Below are positions 1 through 9,859 of a stretch of 64,000 nt of DNA, in pieces. Source of the stretch: Opitutia bacterium (lineage in GTDB: Bacteria; Verrucomicrobiota; Verrucomicrobiia; Opitutales; T3Sed10-336); contig JBJHCF010000007.1 of the NCBI GenBank assembly GCA_050506795.1, positions 32,001-96,000 on the forward strand, in the 5' to 3' direction. The position numbers and the translations under genes were made by a program. Under the pieces are notes generated by a model. That model searched no databases and was not told the origin of the DNA. It saw nothing but the letters and a program-made list of their open reading frames with translations. Every line of letters begins with the position of its first letter. Position 1 is the stretch's first letter.

Positions 1-589
1 CCCCCAGCAACCCGTTCTCGCCGGCGTGGGGATTGAGCCCGCAGACCGCGATCCGCGGTTCGAGTATTCCCCTCCGCGCCGACAACTCCGCGGCCGCCCG
101 CACGGCCCGCTCCAGGCAAGGTTTATCGAGACATTGCGGCACCTGGGCCAGGGGAAGGTGCCAGGTCGCCAACACCAGATGCAGCCGTTCGCCGGTGAAA
201 CCCATCACCGGCGTGGCCCCCCAGCGATCCCCGAAAAACTCGGTCTGCCCTGGAAACGGAAACCCCGCCCGCTGCAGCCAGGTCTTGCTCACCGGACCTG
301 TGACGGCCGCGCTGAAATTTCCGTCGCGGCACCCCTGAGCCGCGTTTTCGAGACACTGCCAGGCGAGATGGGCGCCCTCGACGTCCGGGTGGCCGGGAGT
401 CGCCCGGAATCCGGGATCCCCCACCGGAAAACTTTGATAATCGGCGAGCGCCGTCATTGCCTCCAACCAGGAGGCATGGCCCACCAGCGCCACCGAACCG
501 GCCAGTTCCGGACGAGCCCGCGCCCAATCCAAGAGGATTTCCGGGCCGATTCCGGCGGGATCACCGCAGGTGACCGCCACCCGGCTCAT
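1..589 (-). CDS. pdxA: 4-hydroxythreonine-4-phosphate dehydrogenase (PdxA family), 3' end beyond the window edge
   Basis: Not in the ORF track. The reverse strand from the ATG at 589 reads MSRVAVTCGDPAGIGPEIL, the PdxA N-terminal GDPAGIGPE motif. The ATG overlaps the lpxA stop (ATGA). Confidence 0.85.
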   Translation of the reverse strand, partial: MSRVAVTCGDPAGIGPEILLDWARARPELAGSVALVGHASWLEAMTALADYQSFPVGDPGFRATPGHPDVEGAHLAWQCLENAAQGCRDGNFSAAVTGPVSKTWLQRAGFPFPGQTEFFGDRWGATPVMGFTGERLHLVLATWHLPLAQVPQCLDKPCLERAVRAAAELSARRGILEPRIAVCGLNPHAGENGLLG

Positions 590-1371
590 GGGAAAACGCA
601 CCCCCGGCGACCGTCGAGAAAGAATTCAAAGAAGCGCCGCCGCCACTCCGGTGCCGCCAGGTTATCCTGCAAGTGCCGCCGCGCTTTGTCGCGCAGCGGT
701 CCCGGTTCGGCATAAAACTCACGCAACATCCGCTTGTACGTATCGATTTCGCCGGCGGAGAGTCCACTTCGCTTGAGCCCCACCAGGTTCAGACCCAGAA
801 CCCGGTTGCGCTCAATCACGGAAAGCCCGGGCGGAATGTCCTTGGTGATGGCCGCGTTGCCGCCCACCATAACAGTGTCACCCAGGCGGCAGAACTGATG
901 AATTCCCGCGCCGCCGCCGATAAAAACGCGCGCCCCGACATGAACGTGCCCGGCCAGCAACGCACCGTTGGCCATAACCACGTCATCACCCACATCACAA
1001 TCGTGAGCGACATGGGAGAAAGCCATCAGGTACACCCGCTCGCCCAGACGGGTCACTCCGCCTTCGCGGGTCGATCGATGAACCGTCACGCCCTCGCGCA
1101 GCACCGAATCCGCCCCCACCTCAACCCGCGAGGCGATCGACGAATCAAAGGATCGATCCTGCGGATCACCGCCGACCACCGCACCGCTGCAAATCCGCAC
1201 GGAGGGACCGATATTGCTCCATCGCTTGACCACCACATGGCTTTCCAGGCAGCAATGTTCTCCCAGAACCGCGTCGGACTCGACGACGCAATAGGGACCG
1301 ACCTCGCACCCGTTTCCCAGGCTGACGCTACGGTCGATGATGGCACTGGCGTGAATTTTTCCCACAATCAT
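586..1371 (-). CDS. lpxA: Acyl-ACP--UDP-N-acetylglucosamine O-acyltransferase (LpxA family)
   Basis: Hexapeptide repeats, GGDPQD, REGVTVHR, SHVAHDC, IHQFCR and GLNLVGLKR motifs. Confidence 0.9.
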   Translation of the reverse strand: MIVGKIHASAIIDRSVSLGNGCEVGPYCVVESDAVLGEHCCLESHVVVKRWSNIGPSVRICSGAVVGGDPQDRSFDSSIASRVEVGADSVLREGVTVHRSTREGGVTRLGERVYLMAFSHVAHDCDVGDDVVMANGALLAGHVHVGARVFIGGGAGIHQFCRLGDTVMVGGNAAITKDIPPGLSVIERNRVLGLNLVGLKRSGLSAGEIDTYKRMLREFYAEPGPLRDKARRHLQDNLAAPEWRRRFFEFFLDGRRGCVFP

Positions 1372-1492
1372 TCACTATGGCGGGTCGCCGCGGGATTGGA
1401 ACCGCAAAATCCGCGCCAAGGAATCGCCGGCCGGCGGATTTTTTCCAGTTCCAGGATTGAATCCCCTGCCAACCGGCATCTAATATCCGCCC

Positions 1493-3085
1493 ATGAAAGA
1501 CCCAGCGCAGAACGGACCGGCTCTCGGCGACGACGATTTCTACAAACCCGCGGATCATTTCTTCTCCGCCAACGCCGACACGGCACTGACCTTCGACGAC
1601 GTCACCCTGGCCACCCGTTATTCGGCGATCCTGCCCCGCGAAACCAATCTCGCGACTTCGCTGACGGACTCAATCCGGCTGCACATTCCGATCGTGTCTT
1701 CGGACATGGACACCGTGACCGAATCCAGAATGGCCATCGCCATGGCGTTGAATGGCGGACTGGGGTTGATACACTTCAACATGTCCCCGGACCAGCAGGT
1801 GCGGCAGGTATCGCGGACCAAACACCATATACACGGTCTGATCCAGGATCCGATCACGGTGTCCCCGGACCTGCTGGTGGGCGACGTGCTGGAACTGATC
1901 GCCAAGAAAAAGTACGGCTTCCGCACCTTCCCGGTGATCGAAAAGGACGGCGAACTGCTGGGGCTGCTGACCGGCCACACGGTCCGGGATCGCTACCGCA
2001 ACCGCACCGTCAAGGAGGCGATGACGCCGCGCGAAAACCTATTCACCCTGCACGAAAAGGAAATCGGCAGCAACCCGATCGAAGTGGCCGACCGCTTTTT
2101 CACGCAGAACATCGGTATCCACAAGCTGCTGGTTGTGGATGACGACCGGAAACTGCGGGGTCTGGTGACGCTGTCGGATATCGAACAGATCATGGCCGAG
2201 GCCAGCGCCTTGCGCAAACCGAGCCGCGACAGCTCCTTTCGCCTGATGGTGGGAGCCGCGCTTTCTCCCATGCGCAAAACTTCGGGTGAACTCGACCGGG
2301 ACCGCACCATCGAACACGTCGGCCGCCTGGTGGATGAGGCTCTGGACGTGGTTGCGGTCTCCACCGCCCACGGAGCCACCGAAAGCGTGGGGAACACGAT
2401 CAGGATGATCCGCGACGCCTTTCCGGATCTGCCCATTATCGCGGGCAACGTCACCAGCGGCCAGGGAGTCGAGTTCCTGGCGGATTGCGGCGCCAACATC
2501 ATCAAGGTGGGACAGGGATCGGGCTCGATCTGCACCACCCGCCTGGTGGCCGGCGTGGGAATTCCTCAGCTCACCGCCCTCTATGTCGCCTCCAGGGCCG
2601 CGGCCCGGAAGGGGGTAAAGATCCTTTCGGACGGCGGTATTTCCAAATCGGGCGACATCGTGAAAGCGCTCACCCTGGCCGACGGCGTCATTTGCGGAAG
2701 CATTCTCGCGGGGTGCCGGGAAGCACCCGGGGAAATCGTGGAAATCGGGGGCAAGCTGTACAAACAATACCGGGGGATGGGGAGCATGGCCGCCATGAAA
2801 ACCGGTTCCGCCGCCCGATACGGGCACCAAAAAAACGATACCTCCCGAAAGATCGCCGCGGAGGGGATCGAGGCGCTGAAGGAAGTTTCCGGCAGTCTGG
2901 ACAACGTCATGGCTGAACTGACCGGCGGTATTCAATCCGGCATGGGTTATCTCGGGGCGCGCAACCTGGAGGAACTCCGTGCAAACGCCCGTTATATTCG
3001 CATCAGCATGGCCGGACTGCGTGAAGCATCACCTCACGATGTGGTTGAAGTTTCCACCCGGACGGGCGCCGACGAAAACGGATAA
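1493..3085 (+). CDS. guaB: IMP dehydrogenase with CBS pair
   Basis: [18 protein letters not shown] domains, AGNV, GSICTTR catalytic Cys, DGG, YRGMGS, SGMGY. Confidence 0.95.
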   Translation: MKDPAQNGPALGDDDFYKPADHFFSANADTALTFDDVTLATRYSAILPRETNLATSLTDSIRLHIPIVSSDMDTVTESRMAIAMALNGGLGLIHFNMSPDQQVRQVSRTKHHIHGLIQDPITVSPDLLVGDVLELIAKKKYGFRTFPVIEKDGELLGLLTGHTVRDRYRNRTVKEAMTPRENLFTLHEKEIGSNPIEVADRFFTQNIGIHKLLVVDDDRKLRGLVTLSDIEQIMAEASALRKPSRDSSFRLMVGAALSPMRKTSGELDRDRTIEHVGRLVDEALDVVAVSTAHGATESVGNTIRMIRDAFPDLPIIAGNVTSGQGVEFLADCGANIIKVGQGSGSICTTRLVAGVGIPQLTALYVASRAAARKGVKILSDGGISKSGDIVKALTLADGVICGSILAGCREAPGEIVEIGGKLYKQYRGMGSMAAMKTGSAARYGHQKNDTSRKIAAEGIEALKEVSGSLDNVMAELTGGIQSGMGYLGARNLEELRANARYIRISMAGLREASPHDVVEVSTRTGADENG

Positions 3086-3120
3086 CGGCGACCCCAGCTC
3101 CCGGGAAGGCCCGAACTGCG

Positions 3121-3396
3121 TCAGAGAGGCATCACCTTGGCCGCCGACCAAGCCCGGCGGTACACCGCCACCACTTCCTCGCTGGAGGTCACCTGACGCT
3201 CCACCGTGAGCGCCACGTAACGTCCGCCCGACGAATGCCGGGTGCGAACGGCGTCGTCCGCGAAAAGCTCCAGGATCTCGGGATAATCCACCCGTGCGAC
3301 GATAAACTTAAAGGTGAAGGTGCAGGGCCAATGGTAAAAACCATCAAGGGTGTCGCGGAAACTCTCCTCGTCCGTGCGTCCCGTGAAAACCTGCAT
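3121..3396 (-). CDS. DUF493 / YbeD-like ACT-fold protein
   Basis: WPCTFTFKFI and SSGGRYVALT motifs; start placed at MQVFTG. Confidence 0.75.
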   Translation of the reverse strand: MQVFTGRTDEESFRDTLDGFYHWPCTFTFKFIVARVDYPEILELFADDAVRTRHSSGGRYVALTVERQVTSSEEVVAVYRRAWSAAKVMPL

Positions 3397-3597
3397 TCGC
3401 CATCCTACCATTGAATAGCTCGCTTGAAAACCGCACGTCACGGTTTTTTAGCCATCCACCGGCCAAACGCGGGCTGCAAGGGATGCCCAGCGTTGACCAA
3501 CGAACGCGTAGCCGAAACGGCAATCAAAGGCAATAATCGCCACCGCACCGCGGACCATCCGCGTCCGGGCGAAATCCGAATCAGAAACCTTTAGACC

Positions 3598-5010
3598 ATG
3601 CCGTACTCACTCAGCAATGAATCCTCGGCGCCGCCGCCGGCGCATTCGGGAATAGATGTGAACCTTTTGCGTAAATACAACGTGCCGGGACCACGTTACA
3701 CCTCCTATCCGACGGCATTAAGATTTTCAGAGGAGGTCGACTCCGCAACCCTGCTCGATGATCTTCAACAATCGGCGAGGGACAAGAACCCGCTCTCGCT
3801 GTACTTCCACCTTCCTTTCTGCCAAAGCGCCTGCTGGTTCTGCGGGTGCACCCGAATTATCACGAGAAATCCCACCGCGCCCGATCGCTACCTCGATTAC
3901 CTGCAAAAGGAAATCGAGCTGACCCGGCCGCATATCGGAGAGGATCGGCAGGCGGTCCAAATGCACTTCGGAGGCGGGACTCCCACCTATTTCGCGCCCG
4001 ACCAGGTGGCCCGCCTGGGCGAGTTGATACGCGACAATTTTTCCTTGGCGCCCAACGCTGAAAACAGCGTGGAGGTTGATCCCCGACGAATAGAACGCGA
4101 ACACCTCGATGCCTGGAGGGAACTGGGCTGCCAACGGGCTTCACTGGGCGTGCAGGACAACAACCCCCGGGTGCAGCAAGCCATCAATCGGATACAGCCG
4201 AAGGAGGTTACCGCGCAAGCGGTGCAATGGTTGAGGGAGGCGGGATTTCAGTCCATCAACATCGATCTCATCTACGGATTACCCTTCCAAACCGTGATGA
4301 CCTTTGACAACACGTTGGACGAAATTCTCGAGCTGGAACCGGACCGGCTGGCGGTGTTCAGTTACGCTCACGTTCCCTGGAGCAAGCCCGCCCAGAAGAT
4401 TCTCGACCGCCAGGGCGGCCTTCCGGACGCGACGGTCAAGCTGGCGATCCTCGAACGGGTGGCGGAACGTTTGGCCCAAGCGGGTTACGTTTATATCGGC
4501 ATGGACCATTTTGCCCGCGCCGGAGACGAGTTGGCGGTGGCGCAAAGGAACGGCACTCTGCAACGCAATTTCCAGGGCTACAGCACCCAGGCCGGAACCG
4601 AGATCCTGGGATTGGGCATGTCCGCCATATCACAGACCCCAAACAGCTATCGTCAAAACCACAAGGAACTGCGCAGCTACCAGGAGGCGCTGAAAGAGGG
4701 GCAATTGCCCTGGAGCCGCGGATATGTGCTCACCGCCGAGGATCACCGGAGACGCGACACGATTCATCGGTTGATGTGTGATTTGCGCCTCGACTTCGCG
4801 GAGCAGTCCGATCGCCTGGGCATTGATTTCAAAGCACGTTATGCCTCCGAACTGAACGCCCTGGGAAGCATGGAGAAAGACGGTTTGTTGCAGCGAACCA
4901 AGCGCGGGATCGAAGTCACCCCGGCGGGCCGTTTCCTCATCCGCAATATCGCGATGACTTTCGACGCCTACCTGGACCGATCCGCTTCCCGGTATTCAAG
5001 AACGGTTTAA
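3598..5010 (+). CDS. hemN: Oxygen-independent coproporphyrinogen III oxidase (radical SAM)
   Basis: GPRYTSYPT, HLPFCQSACWFCGC (CxxxCxxC), GGGTP, IGMDHF, RNFQGY, C-terminal YSRTV. Confidence 0.95.
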   Translation: MPYSLSNESSAPPPAHSGIDVNLLRKYNVPGPRYTSYPTALRFSEEVDSATLLDDLQQSARDKNPLSLYFHLPFCQSACWFCGCTRIITRNPTAPDRYLDYLQKEIELTRPHIGEDRQAVQMHFGGGTPTYFAPDQVARLGELIRDNFSLAPNAENSVEVDPRRIEREHLDAWRELGCQRASLGVQDNNPRVQQAINRIQPKEVTAQAVQWLREAGFQSINIDLIYGLPFQTVMTFDNTLDEILELEPDRLAVFSYAHVPWSKPAQKILDRQGGLPDATVKLAILERVAERLAQAGYVYIGMDHFARAGDELAVAQRNGTLQRNFQGYSTQAGTEILGLGMSAISQTPNSYRQNHKELRSYQEALKEGQLPWSRGYVLTAEDHRRRDTIHRLMCDLRLDFAEQSDRLGIDFKARYASELNALGSMEKDGLLQRTKRGIEVTPAGRFLIRNIAMTFDAYLDRSASRYSRTV

Positions 5011-5034
5011 TCCGCGTCGATCCAACGACGCCTT

Positions 5035-5970
5035 TTACGGGGCCGGGTTCCCGGAACCTCGGGACGGAAGCGAAGTATCACCGGGATGCCTCGTTTTGCG
5101 CCGGCGGTGACGGAAACCACCGGCCAACAGAAGCACGCCAACACCCGCCCAAAGCGCCACGGTTGCGGGCTCGGGAACGACCCCGACGATCCAGTCGTCA
5201 TAGGCGGAAACCCGCGTCGAAACAACCACGTCGCCATACGTTCCGAGATCGCCGCCGTTCATGTTCCAGATGAAGGAATGAACTCCGGCGACAACGAACA
5301 TGCCATAAGACTCGATAAATACCGGACCGCCGCTGTCCCCCTGGGCGGCGATTCCCTCCAATGGAAGCACATGGGAATCCTCCGGGCCGTAGAAGCGATA
5401 CTCCAAGGTGTTGATGGGTGCGGGAGGCGGCGTCAACGCGGAGTCCGTTCCGATCCGCTCCAAAAGACTTTCCCCGGCCCGCTTCACACCGGAAGTGTGG
5501 TTCTGACCGGTCAGGCCGGTTCCCGTACGCCCGTAACCGGCGAATACTCCAATTCGTCCCAGTTCGCTATTCCCGGTGTACCAACCGGCGGGCGCTATAT
5601 TCCGAACCGGTTCCGCCAATCGCACCAGGGCGATATCGTTTCCATCGAGCACATCGCCGGTCCAATTGGGGTGGGCGTAAAAAGCCTCCACCGCATATTG
5701 ATTTCCTCCGACCGTAAAGGTCCTGGGCGAAACCAGGCCGTTCCGCAAGTGGGCCGCGGTCAATACCCAGGAGGAACCGATCAGGACTCCGCTTCCCGAA
5801 TTCGAATTCGAACTCAACTGTCCCACGAACGGAAACTCCGCGGCGAAATCGATGTAGGCCTGATCGAGGACGTCGTGCCGGATAACAATGCCTTCGGCCG
5901 CGCCAATCGGCAGCAACAACATCCCCGCCAACAAACCTCCAAAATTAAATAAGAATCTCCCGTCCTTCAC
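5035..5970 (-). CDS. Trypsin-like (S1) serine protease with PEP-CTERM sorting signal
   Basis: GTG start, signal peptide, mature IVIRHD, triad motifs TAAH / DIAL / GDSGGP, C-terminal VPEP + TM helix + RHRRRK. Confidence 0.88.
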   Translation of the reverse strand: MKDGRFLFNFGGLLAGMLLLPIGAAEGIVIRHDVLDQAYIDFAAEFPFVGQLSSNSNSGSGVLIGSSWVLTAAHLRNGLVSPRTFTVGGNQYAVEAFYAHPNWTGDVLDGNDIALVRLAEPVRNIAPAGWYTGNSELGRIGVFAGYGRTGTGLTGQNHTSGVKRAGESLLERIGTDSALTPPPAPINTLEYRFYGPEDSHVLPLEGIAAQGDSGGPVFIESYGMFVVAGVHSFIWNMNGGDLGTYGDVVVSTRVSAYDDWIVGVVPEPATVALWAGVGVLLLAGGFRHRRRKTRHPGDTSLPSRGSGNPAP

Positions 5971-6090
5971 CTTTGAGACACGGAAAGGGCGCTGAATCGG
6001 GCCGGCATCCGCTATTTTTACGACTTTTTAGCACAAAAATAGGCTTATTTAAAAGCAAAAAACTCACTAAATCACATCCGGGCCCCACGT

Positions 6091-6160
6091 CTTTTTCATT
6101 TGGCCTCTGAAGGCGGCATGAAAAAGCATTTCAGATCGAAAATTTGAAATTTGAGATTTT
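6091..6160. repeat. Dispersed hairpin + ATTTGAR heptamer repeat, copy 1
   Basis: ctttttcat(6091-6099)/atgaaaaag(6118-6126) stem followed by catttcagatcgaaaatttgaaatttgagattt; similar copy at 57526-57595. Confidence 0.7.
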
Positions 6161-6273
6161 CCGCGAAGAAATGTGGATTAGAGAGCGCAAATAAAAACAC
6201 CGTTCATCCGAGTCCCGAAAGGCATGATCGGCGCTGGCGCAACGCGTCGTTGCGGGCCAGGGGTTGGCGGTTT

Positions 6274-7569
6274 CTAGAATCCGCTGCTGAGCTGGAATAC
6301 CGCCGTAAAGATGGCAAAGGCGATAAAGGCCACAAACACGACCGCCATGATCAGCACTCCAATGGAGAGGAAGGCGGTGAAGAGCTGCAAATGGCGGCTC
6401 AGTCGCTCCTGATACAAACGGGAAATCTCTTTCAAACTGGGCACGATGTTCCCGGTGTTTTCTCCCACATCCAACATGTCCAGTACCAGTTCGGGGAAAT
6501 TTTCACTGGCCTGAAGCGCGCCGGAAAGAGACGTGCCCTCGACCACCATTCCCCGGGCCTCGTTGAAGGACCCCCGGATCCGGCGATTGTTCAGCACGTT
6601 CTCCGTCATTTTGAGCGCCTCCACCGTGGTCACCCCGTTTTCCAACAGCGCCCCCAGGGTCTGACTCATTTGCAGGACGTCGTTCACGATAATAAAATCG
6701 CGCACTCCGGGCACTTTTAACAACCACTCGTCGATGCGCAGACGGCCCGACTGGGTGCCATACCACTGCCATATCCCCAGCACCACCAGGATCACGGCCA
6801 CCAGAATGAACAGACCGTAGGACATCAGGAATTCGGATCCGTCGATCAACAACTGCGTGGCGGCGGGAATCTCCCCACCCAGCGAGTCGAAGAGCGTCTC
6901 CATGCGGGGAAAGAGAAAGTAGATGAAAAACAGGATCACCCCCACCGCCACCAGAATGATGAAAAGCGGGTAGGCCAATGCATTGACGACCTTGCCGCGA
7001 AGCGCGTTGCGGTTCTCGTGGTAGGCGACCAACCGGCGCAGAATTTCCTCCAGGTTCCCCGTGGCCTCCCCCGCCCGGATCAGGTGAACGGTGGATTCCT
7101 CGAAGACCTCCGGCGCTTCCGCCACGGCATCAGAGATGGACTGGCCCGAACTGATATTCTCCCATAGGCTCGTCGCCAATTGACGAAGCTGCGGATCCTT
7201 CAGCCGAACACTCAGCAGCCGAACCGCGTCCCCCACCGGCATTCCGCTGGAAATGAGTTCGGACAGAGATCGCAGGAAAGGCAACGCGTGCCGGGGCGAC
7301 AGCTTGGAGCCGCCAAAAAGGGGACGGGAATTTTTCTTCTCCTTGGCGCCTGCCCTGGAGGACGGCTCACTGGATTTCTCACGTCCGGCCGCTTTGGGTT
7401 TCCGGGCGGGCGCCTTTCGCGTCGTCGCTCCGCCGCCATCGGAAATCGAGACCGGATAGAGATTGCGCAAACCGATCTGACGAATGGCTTCCCGGCGACT
7501 GGCGGCATCCAGATCGCCTTTCACCAGCGTACCGCCGGCGTTGCGGGCTGTGTATTGAAACCGCGGCAT
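6274..7569 (-). CDS. gspF: Type II secretion inner-membrane platform protein F (GspF/PilC family)
   Basis: MPRFQYTA start overlapping the gspE stop; AGEATGNL, ALAYP, VGENTGN; two T2SSF domains with TM helices. Confidence 0.9.
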   Translation of the reverse strand: MPRFQYTARNAGGTLVKGDLDAASRREAIRQIGLRNLYPVSISDGGGATTRKAPARKPKAAGREKSSEPSSRAGAKEKKNSRPLFGGSKLSPRHALPFLRSLSELISSGMPVGDAVRLLSVRLKDPQLRQLATSLWENISSGQSISDAVAEAPEVFEESTVHLIRAGEATGNLEEILRRLVAYHENRNALRGKVVNALAYPLFIILVAVGVILFFIYFLFPRMETLFDSLGGEIPAATQLLIDGSEFLMSYGLFILVAVILVVLGIWQWYGTQSGRLRIDEWLLKVPGVRDFIIVNDVLQMSQTLGALLENGVTTVEALKMTENVLNNRRIRGSFNEARGMVVEGTSLSGALQASENFPELVLDMLDVGENTGNIVPSLKEISRLYQERLSRHLQLFTAFLSIGVLIMAVVFVAFIAFAIFTAVFQLSSGF

Positions 7570-9236
7570 CAGTCGGCGGCAGTCACCCGGAGGACTTCCT
7601 CCATGGTCGTGTTTCGCAGCTTGACCTGTTCCCATCCGCAGAGGGCGAGATCACGCATTCCATGCTCCACGGCACGCTTCCGAATCGCGCGGGCCGACTG
7701 CCCGGTCACGATCAGTTCGTGCAAGGTTTCATTCACACGCAAAACTTCGAAAATGCCCAAACGTCCTTTGAAACCGGTTTGGCGGCACCGCTGGCATCCC
7801 GGAGAAACGGCCAGTTCCTCGACTCCTTCAGCCACTTGGAAGTCGACCTTGAGCAAGGCCAACTTACCCCGGAGTTCGGTCGGGTCGATTCTCTCCATAC
7901 GCAAGCAGGACTTGCACAGGCGTCGAATCAGACGCTGGGCGATCACCATCTCCACCGCGGAAGCCACCAGGAACGGCTCGATGCCCATATCGATGAGACG
8001 AGTCAAGGCGCCGGGGGCGTCGTTGGTGTGCAGGGTGCTGAATACCAAGTGCCCGGTGAGTGAGGCGCGAATCGCGATATCGGCGGTATCCCGGTCGCGG
8101 ATTTCGCCGACCATGATCACGTCGGGGTCCTGACGAAGGACGTGCCGCAACGCGTCGGCGAACTCCAGCCCGATCTCCGGCCGCACCTGCATCTGGTTGA
8201 CGCCGGGGACTTCGTACTCCACCGGATCCTCGATGGTGATAATTCGTTTTTCCGGTGAGTTGATTTGACGAATAAACGCGTTGAGAGACGTCGACTTCCC
8301 GGAACCGGTGGGACCGGTGACCAGAATAATGCCGTGCGGCATGACCAACACGCGGTCGATAATCTGCTGGTCGCGCGGCAGAAGGCCGATCTCTTCCATG
8401 GTGAAGGGAAGCGACTTCTTGTTGAGAAGTCGGAGACTGACGCTTTCCCCGTACATGGTGGGGACGGTGGACACACGGATATCGAGCACGTTCTCGCCGA
8501 CCCGAAAGTTGATCCGGCCATCCTGCGGCAGCCGGCGTTCGGAGATGTTCAGGCGGGACATGATTTTGATGCGGGCGATGATGGCATCCTGAAAGCGCCG
8601 GAGATTCTCCGGCACCGGAACGGAAACCAGCATGCCGTCGACCCGGTAGCGGATCCGCAATTCCTCTTCCTGAGGTTCGACATGGATGTCGGTCGCCCCG
8701 TCCCGCACCGCCTGACTGACCACGTCGTTGACAAAACGCACGATGGTGGCGGTCTCGTCCTCGTCAGACTCCTGTTCCGCCACCTGCTCGTCGAGCTCAT
8801 CCAAAGCGGCATCGTCGAGGCTGTCGAATCCCACCCCAAGGTGTTGCGTCAGGTAGTCGGCGACTTTCTCGGCGGGCGCCAGGCTCCACACCGGACGACG
8901 TCCGGAGACGGCGTAAATCCAGTCGTCCATCCCGGGTTCCGGCGGCCAGAGGGTGGTCAGGTGCAAGGCGCCGTTTTCACTCGCCCGGACGGGCACGCAC
9001 TTGAACTCATGCAGGAGACGGGCGGGTAATTCTCCGATCGCAGCGCGATCGAACTCGGCGGACGCGGCCAAGGGAAGATCGGTTTCGGAAGCCAGTCGCT
9101 CCAGCACCTGCTCTTCCTCATCGCCCAGGAAACCGGCCAGAGCCGCCATCCGTTTCTCGCGCGGCAAGCCCAGCAATTCGGTGCGCTGCTCTTCGCTCAG
9201 CTGACCCAGGCAGCTCTGTCGTTCATTCACTAACAT
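7569..9236 (-). CDS. gspE: Type II secretion ATPase E (GspE/PulE)
   Basis: ATDIHVEP, RLPQDG, Walker A GPTGSGKS, TIEDPVE, LRQDPDVIMVGEIRD, STLHTN, two CxxC. Confidence 0.93.
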   Translation of the reverse strand: MLVNERQSCLGQLSEEQRTELLGLPREKRMAALAGFLGDEEEQVLERLASETDLPLAASAEFDRAAIGELPARLLHEFKCVPVRASENGALHLTTLWPPEPGMDDWIYAVSGRRPVWSLAPAEKVADYLTQHLGVGFDSLDDAALDELDEQVAEQESDEDETATIVRFVNDVVSQAVRDGATDIHVEPQEEELRIRYRVDGMLVSVPVPENLRRFQDAIIARIKIMSRLNISERRLPQDGRINFRVGENVLDIRVSTVPTMYGESVSLRLLNKKSLPFTMEEIGLLPRDQQIIDRVLVMPHGIILVTGPTGSGKSTSLNAFIRQINSPEKRIITIEDPVEYEVPGVNQMQVRPEIGLEFADALRHVLRQDPDVIMVGEIRDRDTADIAIRASLTGHLVFSTLHTNDAPGALTRLIDMGIEPFLVASAVEMVIAQRLIRRLCKSCLRMERIDPTELRGKLALLKVDFQVAEGVEELAVSPGCQRCRQTGFKGRLGIFEVLRVNETLHELIVTGQSARAIRKRAVEHGMRDLALCGWEQVKLRNTTMEEVLRVTAAD

Positions 9237-9272
9237 AGGCGGTATGAATCCGTGCGTAACCGTTAGACAATT

Positions 9273-9848
9273 CTACTGACGCAGGGCCCGCCTGCGGCGC
9301 AATTCCTCAGCGGCCCGCCGCAGTTCCTCATCGCTTTGTTGGGCGTTAGCCGGCCGGGCCTGCTGCTGCGGCTGCTGCTGGCGCCCACCCTGTTGACCGC
9401 GGGCCTGCTGGCGGGGGATTTCACCCACCTGGGCTTCCTTTAACGTAATGGACCGCTCCCGGTCTCCGCGGCGAACGGTGACGGAGTCCCCTCCGTCGAA
9501 ATTCACCAGGGTGTATCCGCCTTCACTGCCATCCAGGGGCAGCCAGAATCCCTCCTGGTTGTCGGGATGGAAAAAACTGACCCGGGTTTCTCCGCCCATA
9601 ACGATGATGCCGCGCAATTCAAGACGATCCAGAGGCTCGTCCTCGGGCGCGGGGGGAGGCGTCTCACGTTGCGGGCGCCGGTCTTCAGGCGGCACGTAGC
9701 CCTCCCAAACAAAAGGTGAGTTTTCAATGAGCGAACCGCGGTCGGCATTAGCCTCAGCGCCGGAAATGGACAGGACCAGTGCAATGCCCGTAACCACAGG
9801 AACGAATCTGTTACCTGGAACAAGATAGGATAATACTGATGATTTCAT
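9273..9848 (-). CDS. Putative GspC-like T2SS accessory protein
   Basis: N-terminal hydrophobic segment, Pro-rich linker, LELRGII beta domain, Gln-rich/basic tail; located between gspD and gspE. Confidence 0.55.
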   Translation of the reverse strand: MKSSVLSYLVPGNRFVPVVTGIALVLSISGAEANADRGSLIENSPFVWEGYVPPEDRRPQRETPPPAPEDEPLDRLELRGIIVMGGETRVSFFHPDNQEGFWLPLDGSEGGYTLVNFDGGDSVTVRRGDRERSITLKEAQVGEIPRQQARGQQGGRQQQPQQQARPANAQQSDEELRRAAEELRRRRALRQ

Positions 9849-9859
9849 GGTTTACCTCC

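Noticed and set aside
673..2142. 489-aa plus-strand ORF spanning lpxA and guaB
   Set aside because: Antisense/alternate-frame shadow of two well-supported genes in GC-rich DNA; no recognisable motifs.
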